Origin: Camelus ferus
Taxonomy: Eukaryota
Length of the DNA stretch: 64,000 nt
Assembly: GCF_009834535.1 (NCBI RefSeq)
Contig: NC_045713.1
Coordinates: 14,694,001 to 14,758,000 of the forward strand
Reading direction: 5' to 3'
In this document: in pieces, positions 49,464 to 63,004 of the stretch
Layout: each line of letters begins with the position of its first letter
Position numbering within the stretch: position 1 is the stretch's first letter
Notes under the pieces: generated by a model
Database searches by the model: none
Told to the model about the DNA's origin: nothing
Seen by the model: the letters and a program-made list of their open reading frames with translations, nothing else
Position numbers and translations under genes: made by a program

Positions 49464-49469
49464 TTTATT
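49464..49469 (-). terminator. Probable TIGD7 polyadenylation signal
   Basis: AATAAA on the minus strand ~135 nt after the TIGD7 stop. Confidence 0.5.
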
Positions 49470-49603
49470 ACTTCCAAATTTTGTTTTATAAACAATATAA
49501 ATGGGCATTGATATGCAAAATGAGGTCAATAAAAAAATGACAATTCACAATAAGCCTACTTCATATATTATCACATAATTGCAAAAATCTTTAAACACAA
49601 AAT

Positions 49604-51217
49604 CTAATTACTAGAACCAGAAGTTGAAGGCATATTGAAGGAATCCTTATGAGGCCAAGGTTTCAAAAAGCTACCAATTCTAGAATGGATTCTACTCTGG
49701 AGCTGTTTCTTGATTATTTCTTGTTGCATTTCTTTCAGCGTAAAATGGAACCTCTGAAACTCAGGTGTGGCATCAACAAAGTCAAGAAGGTAGTCCAAAC
49801 TCTTTCTGACAATAGATAAATTCAGCAGTCTGCTCTTCAGCTCCTCCTCCTTTTGTTTCTGGGGGGCTATCCTTTTCTTCTTCATCCCCATTTAACCACA
49901 CCCTATCATCATCCAGCTTGGTTTCCGACTCCTCACATTTCTCAAGAATTTCTCTATAATCCCCATCTTCTAAGCCTTGAAGAGCATATTCAGGTTCCTT
50001 TTTGTAAAGAAGATTTTCCCAAGCATTTGCTATGGTTATTTGTTTTACTTCATCCCAACTCTTTGCCCAGTTAAAAACTGCACTTTTTACATTGTAGATT
50101 TTAATCTTGGAAACTCCTTTTTTCTCCTTTATCTTGCTCATCATCGCTTTCTTCAAAAATTACAAGACTCTCCTCAAGTTGCTTCCATCTATAAAGTCGT
50201 TTGCAGCTCAAGATCACACCTTGATTCATTGGTTGAATCAAGGTTGAAGTGTTATGGGGAAAGAACATGCATTTTATTCGGCCATCCTCACCGGTCAGTG
50301 ATTCAGTAGAAGGGTGAACTGGGGAATTGTCCAGAAGTAACAAGGCCCTGACGTCATCCTCATGGAATCGGAGAACATTAAGTTGAAAATGCTTGACCTC
50401 AGGAACAAAGTTGTGTAAAAACCATTCTGAAAACAATTCTCTGGTGAACCAAACATCTTTACTAGGTTTGTATATCACAGGTAATGTACATGTGTCCTCT
50501 TTCACATTTTTGGGCAGCTTTGCTTTTCCAATAATGACTGACTTTAACTTGTGAGTTCCATCTGCATTTGCGCATAAAAGAGCTGACAACCGTTCTTTGT
50601 TTATTTTATTCCCTGGTAGGCAGATATCTTTTCTGCTTGCCTGAGTGTTTTCCTGGCATTGACTTCCAAAAGAGGTCTGTCTCATCCCCACTGTATAGCT
50701 GTGCAAGACATAGTTTCTCCTCTTTGATAAGCATGGACAGCTTTTGTCGAAATGGCTCAGTGTTTTCTGAAGCTGAACTTAGGACTTGTTCCCCACATAC
50801 TTTCCAGTTCCCAATTGCATGCCTATTTCGAAATCTAAAAAGCCAACCAGTGCTAGCTTTGAAGTCTGTCCGCCCAAAACACTGTGCGAATCTCTCTGCT
50901 GCAGCCTGAAGCTCCGCACCTCGAACAGGGACGCCGGTTGAGCGTTTCTGTTGGTACCACATGTAGACTGCATCATCGACGTCACTGTATTTGGCTCCTG
51001 TTGTCCTCTTCCTCTTCTCAGCCCCTACTAATGGCATGTCCTGCTTCAGTACAAAGTCCAAAATCAATTTCTTATTCTTTTTAATGTCGTAAAATGTTGA
51101 CTTACTGATTCCAAATTCATCCATTACACTTTTAAGAGATTGTCCGGCTTCAATCCTACTTAGAACCTTCATCTTCTCTTCCAAATTCAATGTTGTATAT
51201 TTCCCTCTCTTATTCAT
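49604..51217 (-). pseudogene. TIGD7: TIGD7 (domesticated pogo/Tigger transposase), frameshifted three times in this sequence
   Basis: MNKRGKYTTLNLEEKMKVLSRIEAG.. HTH/CENP-B N-terminus and DDE-like core split over four ORFs. Shifts at 50652-50653 (+1), 50118-50123 (+1 in A6) and ~49815-49822 (-5). Sequence error not excluded for the +1 events. Confidence 0.8.
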
Positions 51218-54200
51218 ACTGAATTTGGTTTCAAACAATCAGTGGGGGAAAAACCTTGCTGAACTGGGAAAAAAAACCCCAAACAACTCCCTCTGCCCCC
51301 CCCACAAAGCTAGCCCAAAGCCCAAGAAGGCATAGGCATGTATCCTGAAGGGTAATGGGCTAAAAGGAATGAGGGCTTATGATTAAAGTGCTAGTCTAGA
51401 GCTAAAGGTCTTAGGAACTCAGAAAGTTGCCACTGTCAAAGCCCTGTCTACATATTGCTCCTGCAAGACGTGGATGAGCAGGTTTCAGAAGCACCCTTCT
51501 GAACATTTCTTCTCTCCATTGACAGGTATAGCAGCATCAGTCAGGAATAACAGGAATGTCTGCACACTCTCCCAATTCGACACAGGAAAGGACACAACAA
51601 GAAGAGAGGAGGTGAGATGTGCTCACAAGAACAGACTCAGGTAAGATAAATCTCAACAAAAAGTGGTGCTTCAGATGACAGTGTGAAAGCTTCAAAGGCA
51701 AAGACAGTCATACTGTGTAGCAGACATCCAGTGTGATGTCTCCTTCTCCAAACAACTTGATTTTTACCTCATTGCCAGAAAAGAAAATGATGCACACACT
51801 GCTCTGCATGGAGTGTTCACTGGGCATCAGTCCATCCACCTGCTACTCTGACACTGCAATGTCTGGAGAGTTAGAATTTGAGAATAACTGTATAGTATCT
51901 TTAGGTGAAGAAGAAAGTAGGTTCTGTTGTCCATACGAATGAAATCCAACTTTTACTGCATTCAGTACAGCATTCCCAAAGACTAAGCTTTAGCTTGAGT
52001 GTATCTTATGTTTACCAAGGTAATCTGTAAGTATATAAATAATGGGTTCATTAGTGGTACTTTTCCACTCTCAGGTCTTCTTCCCTGAGTACATCTGGTG
52101 TATTTTCAACTGTTATTTTTTGCTGAAATTGTTCCAAATTTGGGATTTTATCGAGTCTCAGAATCATGGCAATTCTTAGCGATGAGTCCAGAAGTTTTAT
52201 AAAATTTTTATGATAGTTAAAAAATTATTAAAAAGATCTATCCTTGTGATTATTTTCCTAAATTTACACCTAGTGTTAAGAAACATACTTTTTATATTTG
52301 AGACTTTGATTTCTCTTCAGTAGAGATTTTACTTAATTTGAAACAAGACTCAGTTTTTCCACTGCTTGAAGAAATTTACAAGGTTTCTCTACTGGTATTT
52401 CTGATCCCTTGTTTCCCATAAATCCTTCTGTTGGCAAACTCTTCTGTAGCTCTGTGCCCTCAAATATTCTTTTCAAGTCGTCCTGGTGCTGTCCAATGCC
52501 ATTCCATGTCTTTAGGAATGTCCTAATCTAGATTAATTCCATGGTTCCCATTCCAGATACACAACCTCATGGGAAATAACAAAAACTGCCACTTTTATCC
52601 ATTCCAGGTGCTATGCAGAAAGAAAAGTATGTCAGAGAAATGAGAAAAATGATAGGTATTTCAGTGATTCTCCCTCTCCTTTAGGGCAGAGCCTGACTGA
52701 CTTTCATTCATTTTTCAACTACACAGAATTCTCAAAATCCTCTCATCTAGAAACCCAGAGTCCAGACCATTAGTTTTCCCCTAACAATTGTTGCAAGAAA
52801 TGTCAACTGGTTCATGGAGTACTAAGAGGAACATGAAAGAATACAATAGTTAATAGAGTGTGGAGCCAGTGACAGGCTGAAATCAAGCAACCTTCTACAG
52901 GAAGCAGCTCTGATTAAGGCAATTACTATCGTAAACAAAAAAAGGAAAGAGTGTTTACTAGCCAAAAGTGGCAGCATTAACTCCAGCCAGTCACCCAGCA
53001 AAAACATTTAGTCCCCTAAGGCAGTTGTGTGGTGTCTCAGAATAAACTGCTTGTGTTTGTTTTCATTGTTTCAGGCTGTACATTCATCATTTCTCAAACT
53101 GTGCCCAGGAAGAGGAAGGTGAAATCAAAAGAAAAGACTGAGGGGACTTTTGTGGGCACCACAGCAAAAGTAAGCAACTATGGCACCAAACTTCAGACAA
53201 TGAACATTATCCGGGGCCCACATTCACTATTCCCCACTTTGTACCTTGCTTCCTCTTCTTCCTTTCAGAGGGTTTCTTCTTCCACTTTCTTCTCCCCTTG
53301 TTCACTAACCAGCTCCCTACCATGTTCAGAATTGGGCCTGCCAGTAACATCCAGGGGCAGTACTGGCAGAACTCTATTTACTATTCAACTTAACAAGTTC
53401 CAATTATATGCTCAGCCTTGGGCTGGATGATGAGGATCTCAGTGCTTAGAACATTACTATCCACTGGTTCTGAGAGACTGGAAACAAGAGTTACATTTGA
53501 AGAAACTAAATACCAACCTGAGATTTTAAAGAAATGAACCTGCTTTGAAACATATTCAGGCACCTTAGGCAGATGCTTGTTATTACTGTCACCATTTAAT
53601 CCTTTTCTCTCAAAAAGATCTGTGCCTCGTAGGAGTGTAACACCAGTCTATTTAAAAGCAAAAATAGCATAACGGCCTTGCAGTGGTCTCCCATTTTCAT
53701 TCCCACCTTAAACTTAGCCCCAGTTGAAAAGCCTGGAAAGAAGCTTCCTCAAAAACCCTCAAATGATGTTCATTATTAGTTTATTTATTAAATGCAGTTT
53801 CTTCACTCCCATTCGAAGCACTCCCTAATAGGTCCACAAGAACTTATTTTCTACTTAAGCCCTTTCTCTAAATGTAGCCCTATTATATTTAGCTAATAAG
53901 TAGTAGAGATTCTCTCACATGGTCATCTCTGCAGCTTTCAAGGCTTTGCTCTTAACTCTCCTGGAATGTGACCCTATTCCCTGCTGCGGGAAAACCCCTC
54001 AAAGTCTTGAATAGTCTTCCCCATCCCCAAATCAACTTTCATTTCCTTGGAATTCCCACAGTGATGAGCCTATGTCTTACCCTTTCCTACCCTTGTGTTA
54101 CTGATATTCATGAAACTGCTTCAGTTCTTTTCCTAGATTCCTTGAATCAAAGGCATTGTCCTATTGACTCTGGAACACTGACTACACGTAGTAGACTTAA

Positions 54201-54579
54201 TGAATAATCCCTTGACTAGTACCAGCTGACACTATGAAAACACTGACCACTGGAAGAACACTGACAACCCCAAATACTCAGGTTCTTCTAAATATGATTC
54301 AGTAAATATTTATGGAATGCCAGTCTTACCTAGGCAACTCTGCCAAACGCTGCAGGACATACAAATGGAAAGCAGGGTCCCATCCTCCGGGGAGCACGCT
54401 GCGGTGGGAAAATCAGGAGAGAGCACAAAGAGGACCTGAATTCCACTGGAGGACCTGCCACTGGTAAATTACATGACCCTGAGCAACTCACTTCCAGTCA
54501 AGGGAGCAAGCTCTCAATTCTCTGTGAAGAACTATAAATGGAACCTATTTCACGGGTAAAAAACCTACCTCACAGAAAA

Positions 54580-55580
54580 AAGAAGAAAAGAGAAGAAAAG
54601 AATCGTGAGCACGCCCGGCCCAGAAGTAGGTACAAACCCCGCAGGGGCCGTCGTTTCTAACTGGGACAAAACGGCCTCTATTTCGAGAAAGCTGCGCCGA
54701 GCCCGGGATGACAGCTCCGGCGCGGGACCCGACGCGCAGGGACCTCTAGGCTGGCGGGCTTGGAGACTCGGTGGCATTAACTTCTTTCTTGCCACCAGGG
54801 CTGAACAAGGGCAGTCAACCGGTCGTCCAACCACTCCTGGAGCCGCCGCGTTCACGGACTCAGCGGGGCTAAGGTGGTGGTGGTGGCGCCCCGGAAGTGC
54901 GTCTCTTCTGCTTCCGGTTGGAATGCGGGCACTAGACGCCGGCGCAGGAGCCACTCCTGGTGTAGTTGAGGGGGGCGGGTGGGCCTGTGAGGGGCTGAGC
55001 CTGCGCCCCCGACCCCGGATCCTCGCTGGGTCCGCCTCTGAGTGACGCAGGGAGAGTGTCCTCCTTATAGCGTCGGCCGGAGGGGCGGCGACTTGCGCTC
55101 GAGTCCAAGGAAGTGGAAGCGGCCTCCAACGAAGCCAAGCCGTCTGAGGTAACGGAGAAGCGGCTTCCCCTTCGGCGTTGGCTCCGGGGCTCCCGAGAGA
55201 CGCTGGCCGCTGCCCGGAGCCGCTGCAGGACTGGCGGGGGCTGCGCCGACTGTCCTGGGGGAGGCCCGGCGTCAGCCTCCTGAGGCCGCTCTTTCCCGGC
55301 TTTGCGCAGACAGCGCCCAGGCCGCGCGCCCTTAGACCGCGCCCGGTACTGCGGCTCGCACGGTGCTCGCGGGCGCGCGTGTTGGCGGTCCAGAGGCAGG
55401 GGCGGGCAGTAGTGTCCACTTTCCCGCCTCCGCCGGCGTTTGCTTTGCTGGCTGATGTTACCGCCGGGGAACCGGGCAGTCCAGGCTCAGAGAGGTCAGC
55501 ATCTGTTGACATAAAAGCCCAGGAAGTGTGCCCACGCTTCCTGAGCCAGGTGGGCAAGGAGGTGCCGACCATCTGTGAGT
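54580..55580. promoter_or_regulatory. Bidirectional TIGD7/ZNF75A CpG-island promoter
   Basis: CpG-dense. Opposed ETS sites ccggaagtg 54891-54899 and cttccgg 54911-54917. Plus-strand donor gag|gtaacg at 55148; minus-strand donor near 54568. Confidence 0.85.
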
Positions 55581-56584
55581 AACGTGGCACCTTGGAAAGA
55601 ATTCCAATGCCATTTCTGCTGGATCACCTCAGGGAAAGTGAGACTCACAAGGTTGTCCTCAGGCTCGCTTAGGGGACTAAGTGACACTTGAAGAAATGTA
55701 GTCAGCAGAATTTAATCACCACCAACTCCCATTTTCTCCTTCTTTGCAACTTGACAATTGGAGGAACATTTTGTGAACAAAGAGCAGTGTAATTTTTCCT
55801 AGGTCAAGTAAAGAGAAATTTGAAATACAGATACAAATCTTCAGCCCAATGTCCTTTATTCGTCTTGCAGAGAAATGTCAAGATGAATGTTGAGCAGCTA
55901 CTTAATTGAGGGCTGTTTTTTGAAAAGAATAAGGCTCCATTTTCCCTAATTACTTTCCTTCTACTCTGGTCTCACTATTTCAGCTTTCCTGCCCATATTC
56001 ATGTATTGAAAAGAAACACCTGAAATGTTACAGAAAGTGAAGGCTTCCATCTTCCCAAGAGGATGAAAGGTCATAGAAGTTGTACCCCCTTACTAAAGAC
56101 AGAAGAGTAGGATGATATGTTAAAACTTAAGAGAATCTCAGAACATCCCCCTAATCCTTACTTGGCTTGGAGAGGATGAACTAGGAAGCACATCAATTAA
56201 ATCTTTGGATAACCCCAAACATCTTGCAGCTAGTGGGTACTAATTTTCTTACCCACCAAACTTTCCTGATTATTTTTTTTAAAGACAGAGTCATTTATTG
56301 GCATTTATCGTCGATGAGCTGTCCTACATTCATCTGATTAATAGAAAGAAAGGGAGAGAAACAAGGGCCTGGCAGTTGATTTTTAAAGTTCATTTTTCTC
56401 TCATAATAAGTAGGAAGTCTTAAGGTTCATATGACTTTCTTATTGACATGCACTTTTCTTCTCACTTTAATACCTTAGGAAGAAGATCTTTCTATTGATT
56501 TTGTGCAGACCGACTTGGCCTCAATTTTCAAAGGTGGCGCTAGTGACGTGTCCAACATAGGAGCAGAATTGTTCCTAGAGCAGA

Positions 56585-56995
56585 ATGATGACAGTAGATC
56601 TGAAGGTGGCTGAGTACTTGAACCCTCAGATCAGTACTCTGTGGGAGACCAAGGGACCTGTGACAGAGAGCTCCAGTCAGCACAAGAAGTGTGTCCCACA
56701 AACAGACAGCCTCAGTCCTGAGAGGTCTCACCTACACTTCCGAAGCTTCCTGTATCATGAAGCAGCTGGACCCCGTGAGGCTGTTGACCGGCTGCAGGAA
56801 TTATGCCGTCAGTGGCTGAGGCCAGAGATTCATTCAAAAGAGCAGATCTTGGACCTGCTGGTGCTAGAGCAGTTCCTGACCATTCTGCCCAGGGACACCC
56901 AGACCCAGATAAAGAAGCACCATCTACAGAGTGTCGAGGAGGCTGTGGTCCTGGTAGAACACTTCACCAGGGAATCTGGTGAAACGGGGAATGGG
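56585..56995 (+). CDS. ZNF75A: ZNF75A coding exon 1 (SCAN domain)
   Basis: [72 protein letters not shown]|gtgaga; 411 nt. Confidence 0.93.
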
Positions 56996-58134
56996 GTGAG
57001 AAAGATTCCTGGGTAAAATGGGGTGAAGGTGGATATATTGGGGTTGGGGTAGTTAAATGAGAAATAAGATGAATTAGGTCACTGCTCTTTTGTTCCTTTA
57101 GGACATCTAAGGTGGGTCCTAAAAGTACAGACCTGCAGCAATAGTCAGTCCTCCACCGGTTTCAGAGATCTTGGCAGAGACTTCTCTGGCTTCAGGGAAG
57201 AATTTGCTTTTTGTGCTCTTTTGAGCCAGGGCGTGTTGAGGTTCATGATCCTAGTCTGGCCTTGCCAAGGAGATAGGTATAGAGTTCTTAGAAACAAACA
57301 AAAGGCAATAAGGAGTTGGAGAGGAAGGGACAGAGCCAAAAAAGGAGGAATTCCTGGAGACCAAAGGAGAATGAAGATAGTAAAGAAAAGGAGAAGCTAC
57401 AAGACTAGGGGAAGATTGCCAAGTAAGAGAAAACATAGAAAGAAAACGGGGAAAGAGAGATTTGGAAATCCCAACAGCAGCTGAGGAGTAGTGTCCTCTG
57501 TACCATGGACCGGAGCCTCCACTGCCCTCCCTTCATGGTGGTTCCCTGGCTCTGCTGCTGAGCGGGGATCTGGGGTATGCCCCTGGGCAGGTGGCAGCAT
57601 ACCGGCTGGCTTCAGACCTGCTGTGCATACCGAGGTGGGGGGGCATATTTTGTGTCAAAATCATTTGGAGAAAGGTTGCAGCCATGATTCTTTCCTCTTG
57701 CTTTTTTTCTCCATTTCATCCATATGGAAAATCATGTTGACAAGATTCCTTAAATCTTTTGAGAAAACTGGAAGACAGGAAACCACCAAGGCAGGGGTCT
57801 AAGTTGGGAAAGAAAGCCTGTCAAGGCAGCATGAGAACAGGTGGCTGGTGTAACCCTGCTAGTGGTCTGAGCTGGGTTGTATGCAGAGGGTTGGGGGCTG
57901 CTGTCTTGGGGTGCTGGCAGTAGCCACAGCTTTTTTCCTTTTATTCCAGTTTTCCCAGATTTTGTGGCTAGCTCTTTGTGGAAAATTGGTGGCCCAGTAT
58001 CTCTTTAAGTCTTTTTGTCATTTCCTTTATTGTCTTCCACCTCCTACAGTCTGTACTCTGCTTTTTCCTCCCTCTACCACCAACCCCCAAACAAACATGA
58101 ATGCTCTGGTAACAAGGATGGGGATTATTTCTAG

Positions 58135-58330
58135 GTTGCAGTCCACAAGCTGGGAGAGGAAGCAGTGTTCTTGGGAGAAACAGCAGAGGCCCCAGGCTTC
58201 AAGCTGAAGCCAGCAGAGTCGCAGCCACTGGGCATGTCCCAGGATGAAGAATTTTGGAATACACACCAGGGTCTACAGGAACCACTGAGCAGAAATACTC
58301 ACAAAGAAACTGAGCCCATATGTGAGAGGG
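58135..58330 (+). CDS. ZNF75A: ZNF75A coding exon 2 (196 nt)
   Basis: [40 protein letters not shown]; ttctag acceptor, gtaagg donor. Confidence 0.9.
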
Positions 58331-59030
58331 GTAAGGAGCTTCATGTAATTTTCCTTCTCCTGGGAGCTGTGACAGTGATTTGTTAAGCCAGAATGTGTGA
58401 ACACCTTCTGGGTACCCTGCCCTGTGGACCTACAAGTGCAGCCACATTAGCAATTATGATGCCCCTCAGGTGGCGATAGAATAGATCACGTGGGTGAAGG
58501 TGCAGGTTGGCCTAAGGTACAGAAATCTCCAAACCACAGATTCCTGGTAATAACATCGTGAACTCAGTTTCTTAGAAAGGTCGGATCTGCTTCATCCTCA
58601 TAAAATATAGGAGTTGGGATTAGAAATGGGTTGTCAGTGGCAGGATGTGAAGAGAGTTGTGTACCAGGAAAAAAATAAAAAGTGATTAAAAAAAAAAACC
58701 TGTATCTCCTGCTGTACACTGGAGTCCCTGAGTACGTCATTTTCAAAAACATTTAATCTTTGCCTAACTCTGAACAGTTTATGTCATGAGAGGAAAATAA
58801 AAGGAGTTTTTCCTTTATTAATTTTGCTTATGAAAACTGGGGAACCTGTTTTAGAGACTGGTAGATACTTGGTTTTTATTTACAGTGAGATGTCCATTTT
58901 TGGGCACCACACACACTTGTAAAAGTGTCTCATCTCACCTGAATGAATCGGGATCTTCAGTATTTTAGAAATGAGCTTTGGACGTTCAAAGGCAAGTGAG
59001 AGAAATTTCCTCTGGCTCTTCCATCCACAG

Positions 59031-59122
59031 CTGTGCCTGCTCACCAGATCCTAGCCTCTCCTGAACAGACAAACACCAAAGACTGGACTGTGGCACCTGA
59101 GGTCTTCTTGCCTGAGTCCCAG
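59031..59122 (+). CDS. ZNF75A: ZNF75A linker exon, copy 1 (92 nt)
   Basis: AVPAHQILASPEQTNTKDWTVAPEVFLPESQ; ccacag / gtgagc. Confidence 0.88.
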
Positions 59123-59382
59123 GTGAGCTGTGCTTTCCAGCTTTTTAGGGCTGCCTCCCTGCTGCCCGTGATTCACACTGCCCAGCAGGTGCTCAGAGGT
59201 ATTAGTCAAGGTGTTCCCCAGGACTTTGGGCACCTGTTTACTGATCTATTGCCTCCTTCCTTTCCGCTTAGATTTTAAAAAATCAAGAGGTGTTAATTCC
59301 ATTGTGCTTGGCCTACCATGCAGTTCATGGGCCAGATGGTTCAGCAACATGTATAGAGGCATATATTGAGCTGAAGCCCATT

Positions 59383-59545
59383 NNNNNNNNNNNNNNNNNN
59401 NNNNNNNNNNNNNNNNNNNNNNNNNNNNNNNNNNNNNNNNNNNNNNNNNNNNNNNNNNNNNNNNNNNNNNNNNNNNNNNNNNNNNNNNNNNNNNNNNNNN
59501 NNNNNNNNNNNNNNNNNNNNNNNNNNNNNNNNNNNNNNNNNNNNN
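59383..59545 (+). other. ZNF75A: N-run predicted to hide ZNF75A KRAB-A exon, copy 1
   Basis: Flanks (..cccatt / ataggaattgagtaatc) match the flanks of the visible KRAB-A exon in copy 2 (163 vs 158 nt between them). Confidence 0.65.
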
Positions 59546-59689
59546 ATAGGAATTGAGTAATCTTCATGTTCTTAGCTTACTGGGAATGCACCTGCCGTGA
59601 GAGGGTCTTTGTTCCAGTAGCTGTTTGGTTCTCAACTAGGTGGAGTGGGCAGGGAAAAGTGTATCCAGATCACCAGGGACCTTTTTTCA

Positions 59690-60350
59690 TGTGCACATAC
59701 TCATTCTTTATTCTGAATCTTGATCCCTCCTTCTGTCTTTCCCTCCAGATTTCTCTTATGTTTCTCATCTTCATAAAGGACACCACCGTTCACCCAATAT
59801 TTCAGGTCAGAAAACTTGTGGTCATCCTTTATACCAATCTTGTCATACCCTGCTAGTTCTAATGCAGTACTAGTCCTCTTGTCTCCAGCTTCACAGTGTA
59901 ACCTGAGTCCAGCCAAGTCTCAGCCTCCTGTGCCATTAGCATTGTAGTGTAAGCCAGTGGCATCTCTAACAAGGGCCACCTCAGTACTTTTAACTGGCAC
60001 TCCTGCCACCACTCCTCCCCTCCTACAATCTGTTTTCTACAAAACAGCCAGAGTCTTTTAAAAACATGATCACATCATGACATTTCTTGCATCAAAGCCT
60101 TACTGTGACTTCACACGTTGAGAATAAATCCAGACTCCTTACTGAGGTTCCCAGGACCCTTCTTTTTCTGGCCCCGTCTCACCCCTCTGCACTTACTTCC
60201 TGCCACTCCTGCCCTGCTCAGTTCTCTCTAGCCACACTAGTCTTCTTGCTGTTGAACTTACCAGTCTCATTTATACCTTTGCATTTCCTTTACCTGGCAC
60301 ACTGGACTCTGAGTACTGTATTTTCCAACACCTTTAATTTTTGTCCAACT
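59690..60350 (-). mobile_element. L2 fragment in duplication copy 1
   Basis: aaaacatgatcacatcatgacatttcttgcatcaaagcc..gaataaatccagactccttactgagg. Confidence 0.65.
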
Positions 60351-60625
60351 AGAACTATTCATATCATGTAAGGAAAAAACCAGGATTTCCTTTTATCAAC
60401 TTCACTGGTGAAAACTGAGGAGCGTCAACTGAGGAACTTGTTGGAGGAGCTAGTAGAAACTTGATTCTTATTTAAAATGAGAAAGCCACTTCTAGGTACC
60501 AGGTAACACTTGTGAAGATATCCCATCTCTACTGAAAGAATCAGGATCGTCTACAATTTAGAAATGAGCCTAGAATAATCAAAGGCAGAAGGGAGAGAAA
60601 TTTCCTCTGGCTGTTCCACCCGCAG

Positions 60626-60717
60626 CTGTGCCTGCTCACCAGATCCTAGCCTCTCCTGAGCAGACAGACACCAAGGACTGGACTGTGGCACCTGAGCTCT
60701 TCTTGCCTGAGTCCCAG
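60626..60717 (+). CDS. ZNF75A: ZNF75A linker exon, copy 2 (92 nt)
   Basis: AVPAHQILASPEQTDTKDWTVAPELFLPESQ; ccgcag / gtgagc; 4 nt differ from copy 1. Confidence 0.8.
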
Positions 60718-61006
60718 GTGAGCTGTGCTTGCCAGCTCTTCAGGGCTGCCTTTCCCTGCTGTGTGTGACCCATACTGCCCAGCAGATGCTCAGAGGCATG
60801 TAGGCCCAGATGCTCCCTTTGGGGAACTGGGCACCTCCCAGGGTATTTGCTGATCCATTGCTTCCTTCCTTTCTGCCTTCTCACTTTAAAAAAATGAACT
60901 GCTATTAATTCCTTTAGTGACTGGCCTACCATGCAGTTCATGGCAGAGAATGAAGGACCTCTTCTGTATTAGCAAGTACTGAGCCAAAACCCATTCTCCT
61001 CTTTAG

Positions 61007-61165
<159 letters not shown>

Positions 61166-61309
61166 TAATCTGTCATGTTCTTAAGTTACTGGGAATGCAC
61201 CTGCCGTGAGTCTTTGTTCCAGTAGCTGTTTGGTTCTCAACTAGGTGGTGTGGGCAGGTAAAAGGTGTATCCAGATCACCAAAGTCCTTTATCCAAATAC
61301 ACATTACTT

Positions 61310-62215
61310 ATCCTATATAGAATTGATGTCTTCTTCCCAACAAACTTGTTCTTACATCTCTCTCATCTCCATAAGAGGTGTCCCCACTCATCCAATTGCT
61401 CAGAGCAAGAAACAGTCATCCTTTCCCTCGATCTTGCCGTAACACCCCACGAAATCTAACACAATGCTCTTGGCTCCACCTTCACAGTATAGCCTGTGCA
61501 GTCTGATTGCATCTCAACCTCTTGTGCTGTTAGCATCCTGGCCTTAGCCAGCACTGTCTCTATCGAAGACCACCTCAGTACTTTCTGACTGCCACTCCGA
61601 GCCACCACACTGGCTCTCCCAGTCTCTTTTCTGTGTGGCAGCCGGAGTTTTAAAAACCTGATCAGATCATGACTTTTTCTGTTTCACAACCTAGAGATAA
61701 TTTCTCAAGAAGTTCAGAATATATCCAAATTCCTTACTGAGGTATCCAGAACCTTCTAAGATCTGGTTACTCCTCACCAACCTGCTGTTGTCTCTGGCCA
61801 CTTGTGCCCTTGCTCAGTCCTCTTTATTTACACTGGTCATTTTGTTGTTTCAGGAACTTGCCTTGCTCATTTCTTCTTTCCCTTTCCCTCTACCTGGCAT
61901 ACTTGTCAGCCACATGGCAAAACTCACTTTAGGGTTCTACTCAGATACCACTTTCTCAAAGAGGCTTGTATAACCTTATCTAAAATAGCTTCACAGGAGC
62001 AGATTTTTAAATGCTCTCTTACCCAGCTTTAGTTTTCTTCAAAACCTTGATCACTTCCTGACATTTTGTTTATTGATGTTTATTGTTTCACTCTGCACTG
62101 GAAGATAGCTCCATGAGCTCAGGGGACTTGGCTTATTAAGCACAGTATCTCTAGCACATAGAGAGTGCCCAGAGCACCATCACCACTCAGTATAAATTTA
62201 TTAAATGACTGGGTG
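61310..62215 (-). mobile_element. L2 fragment in duplication copy 2, including its 3' end
   Basis: Paralogous to 59690-60350; ends gaagatagctccatgagctcaggggacttgg..gcacatagagagtgccc..tattaaatga. Confidence 0.65.
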
Positions 62216-62653
62216 ATAAATACTTTCCATACTTGGTAATATGGTTTAGAGAAAGTCCATTAAGTGATTCTGGCCTGTTTCCTCCACTTGAATGTGAACC
62301 AGTGAGCTATGGGAGTGGTAGAAATCTCTCCTGGTCATGTATCTGGTGCTTAAGAGCCAAGTTGAAAGTTGCTGTAATTATAATGGGAATCACGTGTGTA
62401 TCTGATACTCATTCAACCCACTGACCTTCATGTTGGCTCCTTCAGACTTGGTCTTATCCAGTACGTAGCCTCCTAAAAGCTAATAGGACCAGCCTGTATT
62501 TCCTGCAGCCTTAGGAGTTTGGNNNNNNNNNNNNNNNNNNNNNNNNNNNNNNNNNNNNNNNNNNNNNNNNNNNNNNNNNNNNNNNNNNNNNNNNNNNNNN
62601 NNNNNNNNNNNNNNNNNNNNNNNNNNNNNNNNNNNNNNNNNNNNNNNNNNNNN

Positions 62654-62720
62654 TGTGGATTGAACCCAGGACTTTGTGCATGCTAAGCATGCAATCCACC
62701 ACTTGAGCTATACCCTACCC
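62654..62720 (-). mobile_element. Vic-1-like SINE head (tail in N-run)
   Basis: ggattgaacccaggactttgtgcatgctaagcatgcaatccaccacttgagctataccctaccc. Confidence 0.85.
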
Positions 62721-63004
62721 GCTATGGGGTATGCTTATTAGCAGAAGATGGGGAATTTGCACTGGATTCCTATACCCCCATATCCTTTTCATTGGTCCAG
62801 TTTAGGTTTATTTCTCAGTCTGCACTTTGCATATCCACCCCTTAATGTAGTATATTATAAACCTGATACCAGATATAAGAGTACCCATTTAACCACTTGG
62901 GGTTGCAGTCTGTTAAAGTATCCTTTGGTCTTCCTGAAATATTCTGGAATTAGTGGACCATTGTTAAGTTATAAGTCCTTGATCTCAGTTTTTCCACTTC
63001 ACAG

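Noticed and set aside
49815-50653. TIGD7 frameshifts sum to -3, suggesting compensation
   Set aside because: Stop codons at 50606 and 50101 intervene, so the shifts cannot restore a full-length protein.
54565-55590. 341-aa minus-strand ORF at the TIGD7/ZNF75A promoter
   Set aside because: Low-complexity Ala/Pro/Arg translation starting at a non-ATG codon; typical CpG-island artefact.
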